Source: Myxococcales bacterium (lineage in GTDB: Bacteria > Myxococcota_A > Polyangia > Polyangiales > DASUME01). From it: a stretch of DNA of 64,000 nucleotides. Within the stretch, counting starts at the first letter, position 1, and each line of letters opens with the position of its first letter. Location: assembly GCA_047601445.1 (NCBI GenBank), contig JASGJH010000001.1, positions 9,280,001-9,344,000 of the forward strand. Reading direction: 5' to 3'. The notes beneath the pieces are model-generated. The model made no database searches and had not been told where the DNA came from. It saw only the letters and a list, made by a program, of their open reading frames with translations. This document shows positions 61,356-64,000 of this stretch, piece by piece. A program made the translations under genes and the position numbers.

Positions 61356-61799
61356 GTGTTGGGCCAAGAGGACACCGCGCCATTGATGCTGCTGCTCGGG
61401 AAGAGCGCCTCCGACCGCTTCGGATGCGCCTCGTCGGTCAAGCTCTTCGCGCGACGGGTGGGACTCTCGCCGAAGCGAGCGGAGGAGCTCGCGATCGTCG
61501 CCTCCGAGCTGGCCTCGAACGTGATCCGTCACGCCGACTCGGGTGCGCTGGAGCTGCGCCTGGAGTCGCAGCCACGTCCGCATGTCTTGCTGGTCTGTCG
61601 CGATCGGGGCCCCGGCATCGTCAACCCCGATGAAGCGCGTCGGGACGGCTTCTCGCGTGGGCAGATGCTGGCGCCCGACGCGCGCCGTGAGGGGCTCGGT
61701 AAGGGGCTGGGCGCGGTGGAGCGTCTGGTCGACGAGCTCAGGATCGAGTCGGTGGTGGGCTGTGGAACCACGGTCATCGTACGGAAGTGGATGCCATGA
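61356..61799 (+). CDS. RsbT/RsbW-like HATPase Ser/Thr kinase (first of two)
   Basis: SELASNVIRHA, DRGPGI, GLGKGLGAVERLVD. Confidence 0.85.
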   Translation: MLGQEDTAPLMLLLGKSASDRFGCASSVKLFARRVGLSPKRAEELAIVASELASNVIRHADSGALELRLESQPRPHVLLVCRDRGPGIVNPDEARRDGFSRGQMLAPDARREGLGKGLGAVERLVDELRIESVVGCGTTVIVRKWMP

Positions 61800-62464
61800 A
61801 CCTCGCAGACAGCTTGCGCCAGGCGCTGCGTGGGAACCTGAGCGCCATCTCCATCGAGTCGTTGATTCAGCGCCATGTCAGCGCCCCTGCGGCCACCGTG
61901 GCGGACCTACCCAAGAGCACGCGGGAAGAGTTGGCGGAGCGCGTCGCGAGCAGCGTGCGCCTGTTCAGCGCCAGTGAACCAGGGCTGCTGCGTACGCGCA
62001 TCCGGGTGGCACTGGGCCTCGACGAGGGGTTCCAGGACAGCGGGGCCGCGGGCGGGCTGCGGTCCCAGGTCGTTTCGGTCCGAGGTGAGCTCGACGTGAG
62101 CGTGGCGCGCAACGAAGCCCGCAGCCTGACGCTGGCACAGGGAGGCAGCGGGATGTTGGCGGTCAAGGTCGCGACCGCCGTCTCGGAGCTCGCGCGCAAC
62201 ATCGTGCTCTATGCGGGCACGGGTTCGGTGGCGATCGAGGTGCAGACGGAAGCTGCGGGCTTGGTGGTCCGGATTGTCGCGCGCGACGACGGACCTGGCA
62301 TCGCGCCCAGCCAGCTCGAGGCCATGTTTGCCGGGTCCTACCGCTCACGCAGTGGGCTTGGCAAAGGGCTGTTGGGCGTGAAGCGCGTGGCCAGTGACTT
62401 CAAAATCAACACCGCGCTCGGAAAGGGCACCATCGTGCACGCGGTGTTTCGAGGTAACTCGTGA
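61796..62464 (+). CDS. rsbT: RsbT-like kinase with an N-terminal extension of about 90 aa
   Basis: DVSVAR, ATAVSELARNIVLYA, DDGPGI, GLGKGL.GVKR. Confidence 0.8.
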   Translation: MNLADSLRQALRGNLSAISIESLIQRHVSAPAATVADLPKSTREELAERVASSVRLFSASEPGLLRTRIRVALGLDEGFQDSGAAGGLRSQVVSVRGELDVSVARNEARSLTLAQGGSGMLAVKVATAVSELARNIVLYAGTGSVAIEVQTEAAGLVVRIVARDDGPGIAPSQLEAMFAGSYRSRSGLGKGLLGVKRVASDFKINTALGKGTIVHAVFRGNS

Positions 62465-63072
62465 TCAGCGCGATCGGTAGAGCTCGAGCTTATCCGGGTG
62501 AGCCGCGCTCGGGCGACGCGGTGTTGATCGAGGAGGTCCAAGGCAGGGTGTTGCTCGCGCTGGTCGACGCGCTCGGTCATGGACCCGTGGCAGCGTCGGC
62601 TGCCGATCTGGCAGTGGCGACCATTCGAGAGCACCGCAACGAGCGCCCAGCGCGCATCCTGCAGGCCTGTCACGAGCGTTTGCTGCGCGGGCGCGGTGCT
62701 GCGATCTCCGTGATCACGTTCGATGCGAGCGGCCACGGCGTCTTCGCGGGTGTGGGCAACGTGAGCGCCCGCGTCTATCCGGAGTCGCGCCACAATCCAG
62801 TGCTATTGCCGGGGTCGGGCGTCATCGGATATCGGCATCGTACCCTGCGTGAGGTGGAGTTCCGCCTCGCTGGCGACAGCGTCGGCCTGCTCTACAGTGA
62901 CGGCATCAGCTCCCGCGTCGACCCCATCGATCGCTCCCGGCTCACCCTCGCAGAAGCCTCCAAGCAGCTGCTCGCCGACTTCGGCAAACCAACCGACGAT
63001 GCCAGCCTGATCCTGTTCGCCCATCGAGGGAGTCCTCGCTTCGCACCCGAGCACGAGGCCGCCGTGCGCTGA
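62461..63072 (+). CDS. rsbX: RsbX-like PP2C/SpoIIE phosphatase
   Basis: SGD, VDALGHG, GVGNV, SDGI, DDAS; GTGA overlap with the upstream gene. Confidence 0.82.
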   Translation: MISAIGRARAYPGEPRSGDAVLIEEVQGRVLLALVDALGHGPVAASAADLAVATIREHRNERPARILQACHERLLRGRGAAISVITFDASGHGVFAGVGNVSARVYPESRHNPVLLPGSGVIGYRHRTLREVEFRLAGDSVGLLYSDGISSRVDPIDRSRLTLAEASKQLLADFGKPTDDASLILFAHRGSPRFAPEHEAAVR

Positions 63073-63170
63073 CCAAGTCAACGCACAGTTCCCGTGCCAG
63101 CCCTTGCGAAGCAAGGCGCGCCTGTGCCCGTGCCCGCCGAGGCCCGGCGTGCAGCGCCGGCCCGCTCCCC

Positions 63171-64000
63171 TCACGTCTCCTCATACACATGCCCATGCAG
63201 GTCCGGCGGGTCCTCGCGCAAGACCTGCAGCGCCCGCCGTGTCTTCGGTGCACTCTGGACAGTCTGCTCGCCGCGCGCGCGTTCGAGCTCGCCCTGGCGC
63301 AGTCGTCCGCGATGCAGCACTCGCGTTACGCCAGGGATGTTGAGCAGCGGTGGCGCGACCAGGGTCTCCAGCGAGAGCATGGAGCAGGGACAGTTGGCGC
63401 AGCTGCCCACGAAGCGCACGCTCACCTCGCCCGTGCTCTCGTCGAAGCCCACCAGATTGATGCGACCCCCGTCGTTGTCGAGCACCGGGCCGATGAAGGA
63501 GTCGATGACCTCGCGTACTTTGGCCTGAGCGCTGGTCGTGCTGTCGGTGATCACGCTGGAAAACGAGCGGAAGCGGGCCTCGCCGCAGTCGCCGACCTCG
63601 ATCCCGAGCTGCCGCGATTGCAGCCGCTCGATCAGGTCCGAGTCGGCTTGCGCGTCGAGCATCTCGAGCCCCACCAGCCCTTGCACCAACGCCGGCGAGA
63701 GGTTCGCGTGCAGCAGGAAGTCCCGATAGTCACGCGCGGCCGCCGGTACGAAGGAGAGCTTTTGCGTGAACTCTCGCCAGGGCAGCGCCACCGGGCCTGC
63801 CAGCCGAAAGTTGCCTGCGTCCACGCGCACGAACTGGGCCACCAGCTCGGCCAGTCGGTCGAAGAAGCGCCGGTGCTCCGCCTTGCTCGCGCTGCGCTTC
63901 TTCACGATCACCTTGGATCGCAGCGCGATCAGCTCCTTGTCCTTGGGCAGGACCCCGGTCACTACGTCGACCTTGACCGCGAGGTTGCGGCGGCGATCGA
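63171..64000 (-). CDS. Protein with a C-terminal NifU-like domain (5'-partial)
   Basis: IGPVL..DGG.I.LV....V.VRF.GSCANCP; frame is open to the window edge. Confidence 0.8.
   Translation of the reverse strand, partial: DRRRNLAVKVDVVTGVLPKDKELIALRSKVIVKKRSASKAEHRRFFDRLAELVAQFVRVDAGNFRLAGPVALPWREFTQKLSFVPAAARDYRDFLLHANLSPALVQGLVGLEMLDAQADSDLIERLQSRQLGIEVGDCGEARFRSFSSVITDSTTSAQAKVREVIDSFIGPVLDNDGGRINLVGFDESTGEVSVRFVGSCANCPCSMLSLETLVAPPLLNIPGVTRVLHRGRLRQGELERARGEQTVQSAPKTRRALQVLREDPPDLHGHVYEET

Noticed and set aside
63964..63983. Similarity of TCGCGGTCAAGGTCGACGT (minus strand) to the repeat-unit tail
   Set aside because: Lies in an open frame (AVKVDV) at the window edge with no head motif or partner arm; probably codon coincidence

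Overview
High-GC bacterial DNA that looks myxobacterial (probably Polyangia/Sandaracinaceae-like). This is inferred from the many lipoproteins with acidic DAG/DG linkers, a DUF1592-DUF1552 pair, an ECF/anti-sigma/outer-membrane cassette and a MYXO-CTERM-like tail. The window holds about 60 CDSs, mostly accessory: secreted or lipoprotein hydrolases (GH172-like, GH2 exo-glucosaminidase, amidohydrolase, esterases), redox proteins (DyP, AhpD/CMD, PQQ-type dehydrogenase-cytochrome, a ferritin-like/Fer4_19/2xCDGSH fusion), zwf, ada-alkA/ogt, UbiD, a hybrid kinase and a stressosome operon. No rRNA, tRNA, CRISPR array or transposase was seen. The most notable sequence-level observations are: (1) a 31-bp motif repeated in front of an ECF sigma operon and in front of the DUF1592-DUF1552 operon, suggesting an ECF-controlled surface-signalling/glycan-utilisation cassette; (2) a sigma54 activator, UAS-like palindromes and a -24/-12 promoter in front of a rearranged stressosome operon (S-R-kinase-T-X) with no visible output gene; (3) back-to-back ECF41-type promoters; (4) a family of intergenic inverted-repeat elements, one truncated at the same point as a paralog remnant; (5) two genes split by apparent single-base insertions. 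Family assignments rest on motif recognition only, as no database searches were run.
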